Positions 18,664 through 27,379 are shown, counted from the first letter of the stretch. The stretch is DNA of 64,000 nt from Patescibacteria group bacterium (GCA_045541795.1 JAZQJV010000010.1:8333-72332), one strand, 5' to 3'. The notes: generated by a model not told the origin, from the letters alone. Numbers and translations: made by a program.

Positions 18664-20566
18664 CAGTCATACTTTTTTTATCAATCAAGCGCACACTCGC
18701 CCAAAAAATGCCCGTCAACATCCACACCGTAAAGGCCACCTTTGAGGCGACAAAAACATCTATATATAAAGCATTGACTAAAATACCGATCATACCGCCA
18801 AAATAAGCTAAAATCAGCGTGCGATAAATCGGATCAGTCACCAAGCGATGCCGCCAAGCACTAATGAGCGCCCAGACAATCGCTCCATAAAAACAGATAA
18901 ACCCTAAAAGTCCCGTCTCACCAAGCGTGCGTAAATAATTACAATCAGTACTGTCAGCTTCGGTAAACACCGTCAGCGAGTCGCCCTTGGTCAAAGTACC
19001 ATAGCCGCTACCAAGCAAAGGATTACGGCTAAAACCTGCAATCGCATTGGGCCAAAGCGTATCCAACCGAATTGCCATAGATAAGCCGTACTTTTCGGCA
19101 TTCGCTGACCAGGTACGTGGCGCTTCGTAAGTGTACGCATTACCAGAAGCATCATAAGCTGTCAATAAATCTGGGACGTCTACATACACGTCCGCTGGGC
19201 GATTGGCATCTGTGATTTGGCTTTCGCCAAAGTCTTGCTCTGGTATCAAGCTGTCATTGGGTGCTGGCGATTCTTGAGCCGTTGTCTCCACCACTTCGCT
19301 CGCTCCTTCGTCTCGCGTGTCCAGCTCATACATCTTCGTGGCAGCACCTTCACTTTCGCTCTCTATTTGCGTCGGTGTTTGCGTCACAAATTCCTGAGCT
19401 GGAGGATTATCACTGACAATGGGCGAAGGCTGAGTATCGGTAGGCGTCAGGACAGATTGTTCATCCATCACAAACTCGCCCATCTCCACGCCTTCCGGTC
19501 GTTCACGCTGTTTCCAGCCAAGTTTGCCTGGTAACTCTTGCCGCCAAGCCACAAGAGCCTGGTAAGAATTATGCACCAAGCTGATCCGATCAAAAGGATG
19601 CTCAAAACGCTCCACAATATCGCCGCCCCAGCCAAACATAATCACCAAAACAATCACAAAATATACTACCTGCTGCCACAACCACGCACCCATCTTTTGT
19701 TTGAACTCGCCAGAACGCAAAAAAACATCCAAGGCAAACATCAACAGCATACTCACGCCGTAAGCCAAAAATGAAGTCCGCGCCGCCGAAATAATCAGCG
19801 ACCACACACCGGCAAAATGTGCCAGCCAGGAGTATACCCGCATGAATTTACCAGCTGCACCCGGCCAAATTTTACGACTTTCTCGAGCAATCAGCCAGGC
19901 AAACGGCAGTAAGAGCACTAAATAAGCGGCAAAGTCATAATGACCACCAAAAGTCGACTGCACGCGCGCATGCTCAGTCAAGCGTAAAGCCACACCCTTA
20001 GAAAATTCCCGATTCATCGTAGAATACACTGGCCAGTACAAATACTTTTGTCCCCAGCCATACACGCTCACTGCCATCACCGTAGTCACCAGGCAGGCTG
20101 ACAAAATTGGCAACACCTTTTTATTTTTGATACTACTATAAAAAACAAAAGCCAGAAAAAAGTACTCGATGTAACGGGCCCAGTGCAAAAATGACTTCGC
20201 CACATGCACTCCGGCAACCAAAACATTACTGATCGACCACACGCCATCTTTTAAATCAAAAGGAATCGTGTGAATGACAAAAATTCCCGTCAGTATAGAT
20301 AAGAATCCAAACGCAACGTAAGCTGCAATCAGCTGCCAAGTGGGCATCCGCCAGCGCACCTTACCTCGCCACATCTGGATGAGATAAATAACAAATGTGA
20401 TAAAGACCAACACATCTTCCAGCCGTAACCGGACAATATAGCCAGGCAAAATCGAGGCCAAAGGAATTTTGGGCCACAGCGGGATGAAAAAAAGCAAAAA
20501 CACGCTCATATAGAGCAAAAAATACTCATCAAACCATGCCAAAACTCGCCTAAACGCTTCTTTCAT
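18650..20566 (-). CDS. O-antigen ligase/polymerase-like membrane protein with an acidic low-complexity insert
   Basis: Multi-TM blocks at both ends (Wzy_C-like). Central ~120 aa are rich in T/P/E/S/D/Q. Confidence 0.5.
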   Translation of the reverse strand: MKEAFRRVLAWFDEYFLLYMSVFLLFFIPLWPKIPLASILPGYIVRLRLEDVLVFITFVIYLIQMWRGKVRWRMPTWQLIAAYVAFGFLSILTGIFVIHTIPFDLKDGVWSISNVLVAGVHVAKSFLHWARYIEYFFLAFVFYSSIKNKKVLPILSACLVTTVMAVSVYGWGQKYLYWPVYSTMNREFSKGVALRLTEHARVQSTFGGHYDFAAYLVLLLPFAWLIARESRKIWPGAAGKFMRVYSWLAHFAGVWSLIISAARTSFLAYGVSMLLMFALDVFLRSGEFKQKMGAWLWQQVVYFVIVLVIMFGWGGDIVERFEHPFDRISLVHNSYQALVAWRQELPGKLGWKQRERPEGVEMGEFVMDEQSVLTPTDTQPSPIVSDNPPAQEFVTQTPTQIESESEGAATKMYELDTRDEGASEVVETTAQESPAPNDSLIPEQDFGESQITDANRPADVYVDVPDLLTAYDASGNAYTYEAPRTWSANAEKYGLSMAIRLDTLWPNAIAGFSRNPLLGSGYGTLTKGDSLTVFTEADSTDCNYLRTLGETGLLGFICFYGAIVWALISAWRHRLVTDPIYRTLILAYFGGMIGILVNALYIDVFVASKVAFTVWMLTGIFWASVRLIDKKSMTVDNA

Positions 20567-20572
20567 ACGCCT

Positions 20573-20583
20573 ATTATACCACG
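20573..20583 (-). promoter_or_regulatory. extended -10 (CGTGGTATAAT), 6 nt before the ATG of the glycan operon (leaderless)
   Basis: Reverse complement of 20573-20583; ATG at 20566. Confidence 0.5.
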
Positions 20584-20632
20584 CTTCTGCCTATTTCTCG
20601 CACCAATTTTTAGCACTACTAGCAGTTAGGTG

Positions 20633-20660
20633 TTGACATTGCCAAAAATCGTGGTATAAT
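20633..20660 (+). promoter_or_regulatory. TTGACA-16-TGnTATAAT promoter of hsp20
   Basis: ttgaca at 20633-20638 and gtggtataat at 20651-20660. A ~35-nt leader with SD aaaggag precedes the ATG at 20696. Confidence 0.6.
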
Positions 20661-20695
20661 TAACTCAATTATAAATTATTACAGAAAGGAGCACC

Positions 20696-21127
20696 ATGTA
20701 CATGACAATGGTTCCCAGAAGACGCCACAGCGATTTCGATCTTTTCGACAGCTTTTTTGGCGGCAATGATTTTTTCAGTTCTCCCAGCAATGCTCTGATG
20801 AAAACTGACATCCGCGAACATGACGACAAATACGAGCTCGACATTGATTTGCCAGGATTTCACAAAGACAACATCGATGTAGAACTCAAGGACGGATACT
20901 TAACAGTCGCCGCCAAGCAGCACAAGAAAAATGACGAAAAAGAATCCGGCCGAATTGTCCGTCAAGAACGGTTCTACGGCGAATGCTCACGCAGTTTCTA
21001 TGTGGGCGATGACGTCACCCAAGAAGATATCAAAGCATCCTTCCAAGATGGTATCTTGCGCATCGACATCCCCAAAAAGGAAGAAACCGAAAAACTGCCA
21101 GAAAGCACTAAAATTGCAATTGACTAA
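20696..21127 (+). CDS. Hsp20/alpha-crystallin small heat-shock protein
   Basis: Alpha-crystallin domain (DIREHDDKYELDIDLPGF ... GILRIDIPK). Confidence 0.85.
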   Translation: MYMTMVPRRRHSDFDLFDSFFGGNDFFSSPSNALMKTDIREHDDKYELDIDLPGFHKDNIDVELKDGYLTVAAKQHKKNDEKESGRIVRQERFYGECSRSFYVGDDVTQEDIKASFQDGILRIDIPKKEETEKLPESTKIAID

Positions 21128-21148
21128 ATCAAAATCAATTTGCCAAGC

Positions 21149-21184
21149 AAACGGGAGACAGCAATGCCTCCCGTTTCTGTTTTG
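21149..21184 (+). terminator. rho-independent terminator after hsp20
   Basis: AACGGGAG...CTCCCGTT stem followed by tctgtttt. Confidence 0.65.
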
Positions 21185-21202
21185 AGACAACTATTTCAGT
21201 TA

Positions 21203-21253
21203 TTCGGTAATTTTTATCACATATTCGGTAATGACAATCAGTTCTTCGGTAAA
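21203..21253. repeat. three direct repeats of TTCGGTAA(T/A) spaced exactly 21 nt apart
   Basis: Copies at 21203-21211, 21224-21232 and 21245-21253. Confidence 0.5.
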
Positions 21254-21264
21254 TGAGAAAAATA

Positions 21265-21365
21265 AAATTGAGTATTTTTTGTGTACAATAAATAAATTAA
21301 TACTTATTTACCAATATAAATAAAATATAATAAAAACATTAGCAGACAACAGTCAAGACTGCCAA
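21265..21365. repeat. copy A of a ~100-nt AT-rich intergenic element (AAATTGAGTATTTwTTGTGTACAATAAAT ... ttagcag stem-loop)
   Basis: Shares a ~30-nt block and a terminal TTAGCAG/CTGCYAA hairpin with 35966-36066. Confidence 0.5.
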
Positions 21366-21375
21366 TAATATCTCA

Positions 21376-21405
21376 CAAAAACTGCGCCCTGTTTGAGAGC
21401 GCAGC
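21376..21405 (-). terminator. rho-independent terminator of the FISUMP gene
   Basis: Minus strand reads CTGCGCTC-tcaaacagg-GCGCAG followed by ttttt. Confidence 0.55.
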
Positions 21406-21442
21406 ACATCTAAAAAGTAGAAAGAGTAGTTGATGACAAAAC

Positions 21443-22813
21443 TTAATTGCTTTGGACGCAACGAATAGGCATGCCAAGATATTTACTAATTCCCGGCATA
21501 AAACCAAGAGCGCCGACACGATCGGCTGAATAATAGATGTGATATGCGCGGTCTTGTGTTTTGGCGGTTGAAGACCAATACATGCTCTCACCACCAATGA
21601 ATATCAGTCTCACTATTAATTCCGAACAGTCAGTATCGTAGTTAAATGATGTCCGGCCAGTGTACTGAATTGTATTAAACCCGCCGCCCTTTTTGAAAAA
21701 CGCCACCACATGAGAGCCAGAACCACCATTACGACTAGTGCCAGCGCCAACATAACATGATGACGCCATATCATTACAAGTATTAGTTAAACCAGTCTCA
21801 TTTGTAATGTGATTGTTACCAGAAACGATACCAGCTACTCTATCCACTAAGATTGACCACTCGCCATCACTGCCGCCGGTAGGGATATGCCACCCTTCCG
21901 GACAAACTCCCTGCAGATATTGCGTACCATGATAACCGCTATCGTTTATATTTACGATGCGAGCATCAGGATTACAATCTTGGCCAGAAATACCACAAGG
22001 AGATTGTGTAGCTGCCATCCAATTATAAAAATAACCTAGTTTTTGCGAACTGTCGCTTGCAGATACAGAGGAATAAGGATATAGACAATCTCCGTATGAA
22101 CCATACCAAAATCGACCAGCAGGCGCGTCAGCAGCAGTTTTATCTGTGACTACTTGAGTGTAGCCATCGGCTTGATAAACTGATGCCAAGCGATCAGCAC
22201 ACATATCTACGCCTTTGCCTTTAATGTCATGCCAATAGTGATAATCGCCACCATATTTCAAGTTGTCTGCCATCCAACATTTACCATCTGCAAACTTACG
22301 GACATTATATGTCTTGCCATCGCGATTATCAATCAAACAGGGCCCAGCTGTAAAATTATTTCCGCCTGTCGCCGGAGTCGCAAGGGCACTGCATCCATCC
22401 CAATCTTGCATAGTCATGTAATTATTTGTGTGCTGACAGCCGAAATCTACGATGGGAATACATTTCCGAGCAGTTGGACTCCAGACCTCATCGGCAGAGC
22501 AAGTAGCCTTGTGACATGACTGCAAATATGCAGTCTCGCTACTAAAACACTTCGCATAACCACCCGGATAGGTAATGCCGTCGGGACAGTTACTGTCACC
22601 AGTCGTCTGCCAAGTATTAGCGGCTAGACGCACCAACTTTACTTGCCCGCCAGTGGCAATGACAGAAGCCAATGGCGTATCTACCAGCTTTCTAGTAGTC
22701 ATAGAAGAACTGGCCGCACAGGCTACAGGAATTAGATCTTGACCATGGTCAGTAACCCTTACCGCCAAAGCCGCTAAAATTGCCACAAAAATGATCCGCC
22801 GCCGCATGTGCAT
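21443..22813 (-). CDS. secreted Cys-rich protein with C-terminal FISUMP (Fibrobacter succinogenes major paralogous, TIGR02145-like) domain
   Basis: Signal peptide (MHMRRRIIFVAILAALA). Motifs DGKTYNVRKFADGKCWMADNL, GYFYNW and CPEGWHIPT; C-terminal MYWSST...RCVQSN. Start chosen at the ATG 5 nt after SD aggaaagg. Confidence 0.7.
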   Translation of the reverse strand: MHMRRRIIFVAILAALAVRVTDHGQDLIPVACAASSSMTTRKLVDTPLASVIATGGQVKLVRLAANTWQTTGDSNCPDGITYPGGYAKCFSSETAYLQSCHKATCSADEVWSPTARKCIPIVDFGCQHTNNYMTMQDWDGCSALATPATGGNNFTAGPCLIDNRDGKTYNVRKFADGKCWMADNLKYGGDYHYWHDIKGKGVDMCADRLASVYQADGYTQVVTDKTAADAPAGRFWYGSYGDCLYPYSSVSASDSSQKLGYFYNWMAATQSPCGISGQDCNPDARIVNINDSGYHGTQYLQGVCPEGWHIPTGGSDGEWSILVDRVAGIVSGNNHITNETGLTNTCNDMASSCYVGAGTSRNGGSGSHVVAFFKKGGGFNTIQYTGRTSFNYDTDCSELIVRLIFIGGESMYWSSTAKTQDRAYHIYYSADRVGALGFMPGISKYLGMPIRCVQSN

Positions 22814-22878
22814 AGTCACCTTTCCTTATTCTCATGAGCTAGCACTCCGGCAGATCCGGAGAAACTGCCCGTTTTCAC

Positions 22879-22985
22879 TGACCCTGACAAAGTAAGCGAA
22901 AGAAATTTGGCAGTCTCTCCATCAGTTCCGCTTACCGTCTACCATGCCCACTATCATAGCGCAGACACTCAACCTGTCAGGGTCA
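22879..22985 (-). promoter_or_regulatory. structured 5' leader element of the FISUMP gene (11-bp closing helix around a ~85-nt multi-stem domain; alternative hairpins downstream)
   Basis: TGACCCTGACA at 22879-22889 pairs with TGTCAGGGTCA at 22975-22985. Inner stem GTAAGCG/CGCTTAC. Mutually exclusive hairpins lie at 22845-22869, ahead of the SD. Confidence 0.4.
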
Positions 22986-23073
22986 AAGCTATTATAAACC
23001 AGCGGTCACGAATTGTCAATAACTTATATTTATTCAATATAAGTTCTTATCATCAGTAAAATTGAGTGCATTA

Positions 23074-23104
23074 CCAAAATGCTGCCCGCAGGCAGCATTT
23101 ATTA
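23074..23104. terminator. rho-independent terminator ending the r-protein operon after rplO
   Basis: ATGCTGCC-cgca-GGCAGCAT flanked by A-run and T-run. Lies directly 3' of rplO. Confidence 0.65.
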
Positions 23105-23122
23105 TTTCTATCAAAAATGGAT

Positions 23123-23557
23123 TTAGGCGACGCTGCCGCCGGCAGTTTCGATCACCTTCTTGGCGCCAGCCGATACCCGCAAACCTTGTACGTTTACGGC
23201 CTTCTCCAACTTGCCAGTATTGATGATTTTGGCTGCTTTCACGCGCTTGTCTACCAATCCGGCCAGTTTGAGCGTCTCTAAGGTGACGGTATCACTTTCC
23301 AGTTTCCCCAAATCACCCACATTCACTTCGCCCACTTTAGCGAAAGATTGGAAGCGCGATTTACCACGGATCATTGGTAAACGTTTCACTAAAGGCAATT
23401 GGCCACCCTCAAATATTGGCGCCATGTGCGGACTCTTGCGTGCGCCAGCACCCTTGGTACCGCGTCCAGCAGTCTTACCACGACCACTGCCGTAACCACG
23501 ACCACCACGCTTTTTTGCTTTATCAGTCACTTTGACATTTTGATTTAAAATTGACAT
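23123..23557 (-). CDS. rplO: 50S ribosomal protein L15
   Basis: Gly/Arg-rich N-terminus GGRGYGSGRGKTAGRGTKG. Confidence 0.9.
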   Translation of the reverse strand: MSILNQNVKVTDKAKKRGGRGYGSGRGKTAGRGTKGAGARKSPHMAPIFEGGQLPLVKRLPMIRGKSRFQSFAKVGEVNVGDLGKLESDTVTLETLKLAGLVDKRVKAAKIINTGKLEKAVNVQGLRVSAGAKKVIETAGGSVA

Positions 23558-23567
23558 TTTGGCCTCT

Positions 23568-24299
23568 CTATTTAGACGCCGGCTTCTCAGCCGACTCGGC
23601 TACTTTTTTCTCTGTTTTCTTAGCACTTGCGACTGGTTTTTTCTCAGTTTTCTTCGCTACAGGCTTCTTTTTGGCAGCTGTGGCAGGCTTCTTAGACTTA
23701 GTATCAGCCTTTTTACCAGCTTCTTTCTGCTTATCAGCGGCTTTTGCCTTCGCTGCTTCTTCCTCAAATTTCTTAGCTTCTTCCGCTTCTATTTCGACAA
23801 TAGATTTGAGTTTAATGCCTTTAAGCTCCACCATTTTTTCCATTTGCTTAAGCGCCGCAAAAGTCGCGTATACATTACTCGCTTGATTACCAGAACCAAG
23901 AATTTTGGCAGAAAGATCGCGAATACCAGCTGCCTCCACCACACTGCGGATCGCACCACCAGCAATCACTCCCGAACCCTTTGGTGCCGGTTTCAAAAGC
24001 ACTTTTGCTGCACCTTTTTTCACCCGCACTGGAAAAGGAATAGTAGTGCCATCCATAGGTACATGGATCATATTTTTCTTGGCTTTTTTTACCGCTTTTT
24101 TGATAGAGGAGAGGACGTCTTTGCCTTTACCCAAGCCTACGCCCACACGACCTTTTTTGTCGCCTACAACTACCAAAATCGAAAAACCGAACTGGTTGCC
24201 GCCCTTGGTCTTTTTAGATACCCGAGAAACCTGTACTACTTTTTCTTCGTACTTTTTCTCTTCTGCATTCGCATCTTGATTACGATTGTTAAATGCCAT
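23568..24299 (-). CDS. rpsE: 30S ribosomal protein S5 with ~75-aa Lys/Ala/Glu-rich C-terminal extension
   Basis: S5 dsRBD and C-terminal domain conserved. Start at MAFNNRN avoids overlap with rplR. The tail reads ...KAKAADKQKEAGKKADTKSKKPATAAKKKPVAKK... Confidence 0.9.
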   Translation of the reverse strand: MAFNNRNQDANAEEKKYEEKVVQVSRVSKKTKGGNQFGFSILVVVGDKKGRVGVGLGKGKDVLSSIKKAVKKAKKNMIHVPMDGTTIPFPVRVKKGAAKVLLKPAPKGSGVIAGGAIRSVVEAAGIRDLSAKILGSGNQASNVYATFAALKQMEKMVELKGIKLKSIVEIEAEEAKKFEEEAAKAKAADKQKEAGKKADTKSKKPATAAKKKPVAKKTEKKPVASAKKTEKKVAESAEKPASK

Positions 24300-24300
24300 A

Positions 24301-24669
24301 TTACGCCTCAATTCCATTCTCTCTGATTGCCTCTACCGCTGCCTTGATCCGGCCGTGGAATTGATAAGCCCCACGATCTACAGCTAATTTTTTAATATTC
24401 TTTTCTTGCAGTTTGGCCGCTAAAGCTTTGCCGGTGGCACTCGCGCGCTCGGTCTTAGTAAGAGCCCGATCTAATTGACCTTTTTTCACCAAAGCAAAAT
24501 CGCTCTCACTAGCTTGCACATAGCCGTTCTCACCAATCACCTGCAAGTTTATGTAACGGTTGGTACGAGTGATCACCAGTTTTGGCCGTGACTCCACCGC
24601 CATTATCCGCCGGTGCATCCGTCGTAAACGTCTTTGTCTATTACTTAAATTATGAGTTACTGTTGTCAT
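24301..24669 (-). CDS. rplR: 50S ribosomal protein L18
   Basis: Sequence and operon position. Confidence 0.9.
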   Translation of the reverse strand: MTTVTHNLSNRQRRLRRMHRRIMAVESRPKLVITRTNRYINLQVIGENGYVQASESDFALVKKGQLDRALTKTERASATGKALAAKLQEKNIKKLAVDRGAYQFHGRIKAAVEAIRENGIEA

Positions 24670-24677
24670 GTTGATCC

Positions 24678-25217
24678 TTACTTAGCAGCTGTCTTGCCTT
24701 GCTTACGACGTACTACCTCATCCTCATAACGGATACCTTTGCCTTTATAAGGTTCTGGCGGGCGTACTTTACGGATGTTGGCCGCTACTTGTCCTACTTG
24801 TTGTTTATCAAAACCGCTCACTTTGATCGTGTCCTGGCCTTCTACCGCTAGTTCCACTCCTTCAGGAGGCATAAACTCCACCGTATGCGAAAAGCCCACT
24901 GCTAAGCTAATACATTTCCCTTGAGCCTGTACCCGATAACCGGTGCCCACCAGCTTGAGAGTCTTAGTATAACCATTGGTTACACCCTCAATGGAATTCC
25001 TGATTAATGCCTTAATCAAGCCCACGAAAGCCTTAGTTTGGTTTTCGTCATTCAATTGTTTGACCGTCAACTTATCGGCGTCCAGTTGCACTTCGATACC
25101 TGGCAAAATCGTGACCTTGAGACTGCCTTTGCTGCCTTTGATCACTACTTCACCATTTTCTACGCTCGCCGTAACTCCGGACGGTATAATTATTGGTTTA
25201 TTGGTAATTTTTGCCAT
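24678..25217 (-). CDS. rplF: 50S ribosomal protein L6
   Basis: Sequence and operon position. Confidence 0.9.
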   Translation of the reverse strand: MAKITNKPIIIPSGVTASVENGEVVIKGSKGSLKVTILPGIEVQLDADKLTVKQLNDENQTKAFVGLIKALIRNSIEGVTNGYTKTLKLVGTGYRVQAQGKCISLAVGFSHTVEFMPPEGVELAVEGQDTIKVSGFDKQQVGQVAANIRKVRPPEPYKGKGIRYEDEVVRRKQGKTAAK

Positions 25218-25232
25218 ATATCTTTCTTTTTC

Positions 25233-25625
25233 TTACCACACTTGCGCTAATAGCTCACCGCCTAAACCTTTTTGTTTAGCTACATTACCTGCCAAAATAC
25301 CTTGGCTCGTCGATAAAATCGCCAAACCATAGCCATGTAAAACAGCTGGTATTTCTGAGGCCGAGACATACACTCTGCAACCAGGCTTTGAAACACGTTT
25401 CAAATCCGTCAAAGCAGGAGTCACACCAGAGTAGAGGAGAGTTAGCTCTAAATTTGTCTGACCTTTCTCGTTCTGGACTTTTTGTACTTCAGCCAAATAG
25501 CCAGCCTCACGCAGCACTTCGGCAATGCGAGACAAAACCTTAGATGAAGGCAAAGTCACCTTATCCTTACTTGCTAAGTAAGCATTTTTAATTCTTATCA
25601 GCATGTCTGCAATCGTATCAGTCAT
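25233..25625 (-). CDS. rpsH: 30S ribosomal protein S8
   Basis: Sequence and operon position. Confidence 0.9.
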   Translation of the reverse strand: MTDTIADMLIRIKNAYLASKDKVTLPSSKVLSRIAEVLREAGYLAEVQKVQNEKGQTNLELTLLYSGVTPALTDLKRVSKPGCRVYVSASEIPAVLHGYGLAILSTSQGILAGNVAKQKGLGGELLAQVW

Positions 25626-25633
25626 CTTGGTCC

Positions 25634-25864
25634 TTACTTACTCGCTTTCACCACACCAGGCAACTCGCCGCGATTGGCCAATTCACGAAAAGTCAACCGT
25701 GACAAGCCAAAATAGCGCATATAACCATGCGGCCGCCCAGTAATACTGCAACGATTAACGACGCGATTGGCTACTTTATTGGGTTTTTTTACTCCCAAAC
25801 TGCGATAAAGCGCCTGCTTGCGCGCGAGTTTCTTATTTTTCTCGATTTTAGAAACTTTAGCCAT
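25634..25864 (-). CDS. rpsN: 30S ribosomal protein S14 (short form)
   Basis: [24 protein letters not shown] motif. Only one Cys, so not the 4-Cys zinc type. Confidence 0.85.
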   Translation of the reverse strand: MAKVSKIEKNKKLARKQALYRSLGVKKPNKVANRVVNRCSITGRPHGYMRYFGLSRLTFRELANRGELPGVVKASK

Positions 25865-25882
25865 ATCTATTCCTTCGTCTCG

Positions 25883-26431
25883 TTAATCCTTAGCAAAAGG
25901 CATACCTAATAATTCTAGCATCCGATAAGCATCTTTATCATTACTATTGGTGACAAAATTCACCTGTAAACCACGGATGCGCTCAATTTTATCATATTCA
26001 ATTTGTGGGAAAATAATTTGCTCTTCAATTCCCAAGCTATAATTGCCATGTCCATCAAAAGCAGTTTTACTCACTCCTCTAAAATCCTTCACCCGAGGTA
26101 GCACAATTGCAATCAGCTTATCCACAAATTCCCACATTCTTTCGCCGCGCAACGTCACCATTACACCCATCGGGTCACCAGCGCGCAGTTTAAAATTAGA
26201 AATTGCTTTTTTTGCCACTGTCACCTGGGGCTTTTGACCAGTGATCAAAGCAATTTGAGCACTAATATTTTCCAAAGCCCGACGGCGTTCACGAGGATCC
26301 GCAGGATCAGAAACACCCATATTGACTACAACCTTACGTAATCTGGGCACTTCAAAACGGGTCACCTCGCCTAATTCTTTTTGTAGCTGCGGCGCAATTT
26401 CTTGTATATATCGCTGTTTTAGTCTATTCAT
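25883..26431 (-). CDS. rplE: 50S ribosomal protein L5
   Basis: Sequence and operon position. Confidence 0.9.
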   Translation of the reverse strand: MNRLKQRYIQEIAPQLQKELGEVTRFEVPRLRKVVVNMGVSDPADPRERRRALENISAQIALITGQKPQVTVAKKAISNFKLRAGDPMGVMVTLRGERMWEFVDKLIAIVLPRVKDFRGVSKTAFDGHGNYSLGIEEQIIFPQIEYDKIERIRGLQVNFVTNSNDKDAYRMLELLGMPFAKD

Positions 26432-26432
26432 A

Positions 26433-26741
26433 TTAACTCTCTTTGATTACTGTCTTTGTCTTTTTGTAAATGCGTTTTTTCACGCCGTCTTCCACCACAA
26501 AGCCAATACGATCAGCTTGACCTTTTTCATTTAAGATCGCCACCTTGGCTGTAGGCAAAGGCCGTTCGCGGCGCACTTTTTCACCAGGACGGCCCATCAT
26601 CTTGCGGATATGGCGGGTGTACATATTGACGCCCTCCACTACCACTTGATCTTTTGCTGGTAGCACAGCCGTGATGTGTGACTTACGTCCCTTATCTTTA
26701 CCACTTGTAATGATGACTTGATCGTTGACCTTGAATTTCAT
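26433..26741 (-). CDS. rplX: 50S ribosomal protein L24
   Basis: KOW motif; operon position. Confidence 0.9.
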   Translation of the reverse strand: MKFKVNDQVIITSGKDKGRKSHITAVLPAKDQVVVEGVNMYTRHIRKMMGRPGEKVRRERPLPTAKVAILNEKGQADRIGFVVEDGVKKRIYKKTKTVIKES

Positions 26742-26750
26742 ATTGCTTTC

Positions 26751-27125
26751 TTACACCACTTCCGGAGCTAAATTAGCGATCTTAGTAAAACCAGCATTCT
26801 TTACTTCACGAGCCACCGGTCCAAACACACGCGTGCCGATCGGATCCAAATTCTCGCGCGCCGTGATAATGACAGCTGCGTTGTCGCCAAAACGGACATA
26901 TTCACCGCCAGCACGACGGAATTCCTTTTTCGTCCGTACTACCACTGCTTTTACCTTTTCGCCTTTTTTGACGGTACCGTTAGGATCAGCTTTAATGACA
27001 GAAGCTGCCACTACGTCACCCACATAACCGTAGCGCCGTTTAGAACCTCCATGAACTTGAATGACTCGGATCTGCTTGGCGCCACTGTTATCAGCAACAT
27101 CGAGTACTGATCGTAACTGTATCAT
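26751..27125 (-). CDS. rplN: 50S ribosomal protein L14
   Basis: [17 protein letters not shown]. Confidence 0.95.
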   Translation of the reverse strand: MIQLRSVLDVADNSGAKQIRVIQVHGGSKRRYGYVGDVVAASVIKADPNGTVKKGEKVKAVVVRTKKEFRRAGGEYVRFGDNAAVIITARENLDPIGTRVFGPVAREVKNAGFTKIANLAPEVV

Positions 27126-27127
27126 AA

Positions 27128-27379
27128 TTATTTTTCCCTTTCCTCAGTCGCAGTATCGCTGCTCACACGGAAGTGCTTGGTTTTGCTAATGGGTCGGCAA
27201 GAAACTATTTCCACTTCCTGACCAAGCTCCAAATTCACACCCTTATCTAACTGACAAGCGTATTTTTTCGTCCGCGTCAAGTATTTTTTATAAAGCGGAT
27301 GTTGGAAATGATTTTCCACCTCCACCACTGCTGTTTGCTCGTTTTTAAGTGATACCACTCTTCCAGTTAATTTTTTCAT
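27128..27379 (-). CDS. rpsQ: 30S ribosomal protein S17
   Basis: Sequence and operon position. Confidence 0.9.
   Translation of the reverse strand: MKKLTGRVVSLKNEQTAVVEVENHFQHPLYKKYLTRTKKYACQLDKGVNLELGQEVEIVSCRPISKTKHFRVSSDTATEEREK

Noticed and set aside
20655-20700. CIRCE or HAIR heat-shock operator at the hsp20 promoter
   Set aside because: Only a half-site-like TTAGCACT and a single ACTCAA are present. There is no inverted repeat matching TTAGCACTC-N9-GAGTGCTAA or CTTGAGT-N7-ACTCAAG.
22879-22985. Possibility that the structured element is SRP (4.5S) RNA or a 6S RNA gene
   Set aside because: It is a hairpin closed by 5'/3' pairing like 4.5S RNA, but I could not find the conserved domain IV motif (GGAA tetraloop with …GUCAGGUCC…AGCAGCC…). 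It is also too short for 6S. It is kept as an unclassified cis-leader instead.
23559-24326. 255-aa plus-strand ORF (MASLFRRRLLSRLGYFF…) rich in F/L/S/C
   Set aside because: It is antisense to rpsE. The Lys/Ala-rich S5 tail (AAG/AAA/GCx codons) gives a stop-free antisense frame. There is no independent support.
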